The position numbers and the translations under genes are program-made. The notes beneath the pieces were generated by a model. The model had not been told where the DNA came from. It searched no databases and was given only the letters and a program-made list of their open reading frames with translations. A stretch of DNA of 64,000 bases. Origin: Pseudovirgaria hyperparasitica (Eukaryota). Location of the stretch: the NCBI GenBank assembly GCA_010093815.1, contig ML996567.1. One strand, given 5' to 3'. Shown one piece after another: positions 62,806-64,000 of the stretch; positions within the stretch are counted from its first letter, which is position 1; each line of letters opens with the position of its first letter.

Positions 62806-63791
62806 ATGGCTGAGAATGATAATACAGAGTGGGACGAAGCCCAATGTAAGGAAGCACTTGGTCGCCTTGAGAGGCTTCAAGAGCAGGTTAGTATGGGCTA
62901 TGTGTTCCTCATGACTGCTGCAACTACTAATCATTCTTTCTCAAGCTGGACTGTCTGCGTCCGTGTATTCCACATATCCTTGACCTGCTTCGCAACCCGC
63001 AGCCATCGCCTCAGCATCTCGTGAACGAATATAAGGAGACTGCTATTGGCTCATCAAGAAAACTTACTGCTTTCAAAGCAGCATGGGAGTCACAAGAGAC
63101 GAGAAAGATCATGGGCCAAGCGCAACAGAGTTTTCGAAATGATATGGATCTGACAGCAGGCTACCAAGTCCCTCATTACGGCTGGGCCAACGCAATGGAG
63201 CACACAATCGCGACAGAAATCAAGAACGAATCAAATGAGAATCAAAATTCTGAGTCCGATGAGTCGGAAGTAGATGTGTCGGTTGTAGTCAAAGACTTCA
63301 GAAATAAATATCCACATATCAAGATTATTACCGAATCAGAAAACAGCGTGCTTAAGGTGCGTAGTTGATACAAGTGTGGGCAGTTCTATACTGAAACATT
63401 TAGATTCGTGTCCCTTTCGACCTCTCAGCACTCAGATTCACTATTTCGAGAAACATCAATCTGGACGAGGACAAAGCACTCAAAGTACAATGTGGGGGTT
63501 CTGGTTCATTCTCTGCGGCTGTGACAAGATGTATAGCTTCAAGACCATCGCCTAATCATCTGCCTCGCCTTTTGGTATGTCCAGCAGTATCATATACGAA
63601 CAAGTATCTGACAGTAATAGGACATGATAGCAGCGTTTCATAATTCTGGCTACAATCCCTGCGCTCGTTGCAAAAAGATTATTGATGACAATGGGTTGAA
63701 GCCTGCTGCACGACGATCAAGATCTCCAAAACCTCTCGGTGCTGATGACCTTTCCTCCTGGGAGTCCTGGCACGAAGGCTGTCTCAATTGA
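62806..63791 (+). CDS. MED27: Mediator subunit 27 (fungal Med27), 4 exons
   Basis: WDEAQCKEALGRLERLQEQ|LDCLRPCIP..., C-terminal RPSPNHL..LL|DMIAAF...CARCKKIID...PAARR...WESWHEGC zinc-binding pattern. Confidence 0.78.
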
Positions 63792-63824
63792 TCTTGACGT
63801 AACTTTGGCAAGTCATACCCCAGA

Positions 63825-64000
63825 TCAATGCTGGATCCAGTGAGGAAACTCTTGCCACTGGGAGTATGTGCCGTCATATCCTCGCCACCTGGCTGCAATC
63901 GGCCAACGTCGCTTGTCGTTAGAGCCTCTCCAGACGGCATCTGAGTATGTCAAAGGGTTGACACTTCCGTACCTACGACTACGGAAATCGTACCTCTGAT
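63825..64000 (-). CDS. Possible last exon(s) of a convergent gene entering from beyond the window
   Basis: GTACGA donor near 63993 and TTGAC...CAG acceptor at ~63941. One frame gives DAVWRGSNDKRRWPIAARWRGYDGTYSQWQEFPHWIQH*. The frame cannot be confirmed from this window. Confidence 0.3.
   Translation of the reverse strand, partial: QRYDFRSRRYGSVNPLTYSDAVWRGSNDKRRWPIAARWRGYDGTYSQWQEFPHWIQH

Noticed and set aside
63650..63940. 96-aa minus-strand ORF
   Set aside because: It overlaps the conserved last exon of MED27, and its ATG directly follows a splice acceptor, so it is unlikely to be an independent gene.
1..64000. Transposons, RIP-degraded AT-rich blocks, tRNA or rRNA genes
   Set aside because: None recognised by eye; small ncRNAs cannot be excluded without tRNAscan or Infernal.

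Overview
Gene-dense, intron-containing DNA of a filamentous ascomycete (Pezizomycotina; short GT-AG introns with CTRAY branch points). About 24 protein-coding genes can be reconstructed by splicing. The left part (1-30 kb) is a compact mix of housekeeping and signalling genes: metallophosphoesterase (cut by the window edge), RNPS1, profilin, a HeLo-domain/pseudokinase fusion with MLKL-like architecture, a CrgA/CarS-type RING-LON protein with a spliced-in CaaX box, TORC2 Rictor, uricase, mitochondrial uL13, CCS1, NoxR, TOM6, RPB10 and UTP17/NAN1. The centre (30.5-50.9 kb) is an uninterrupted six-gene N-acetylglucosamine catabolism/sensing cluster: GlcN-6-P deaminase, NGT1 transporter, GlcNAc kinase, Ndt80-family regulator RON1/XprG, GH3-GNAT sensor NGS1 and GlcNAc-6-P deacetylase. 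Its intergenic DNA is long, microsatellite-rich and carries repeated Ndt80-type GYCRCAAA motifs. The right part holds SEC12, a secreted GH45 subfamily C/expansin-like protein, a PSG1-like membrane protein, a large orphan protein, an RRM protein and MED27. No rRNA, tRNA, CRISPR array or transposon was recognised. Family assignments rest on motif recognition by eye, and splice models are inferred.
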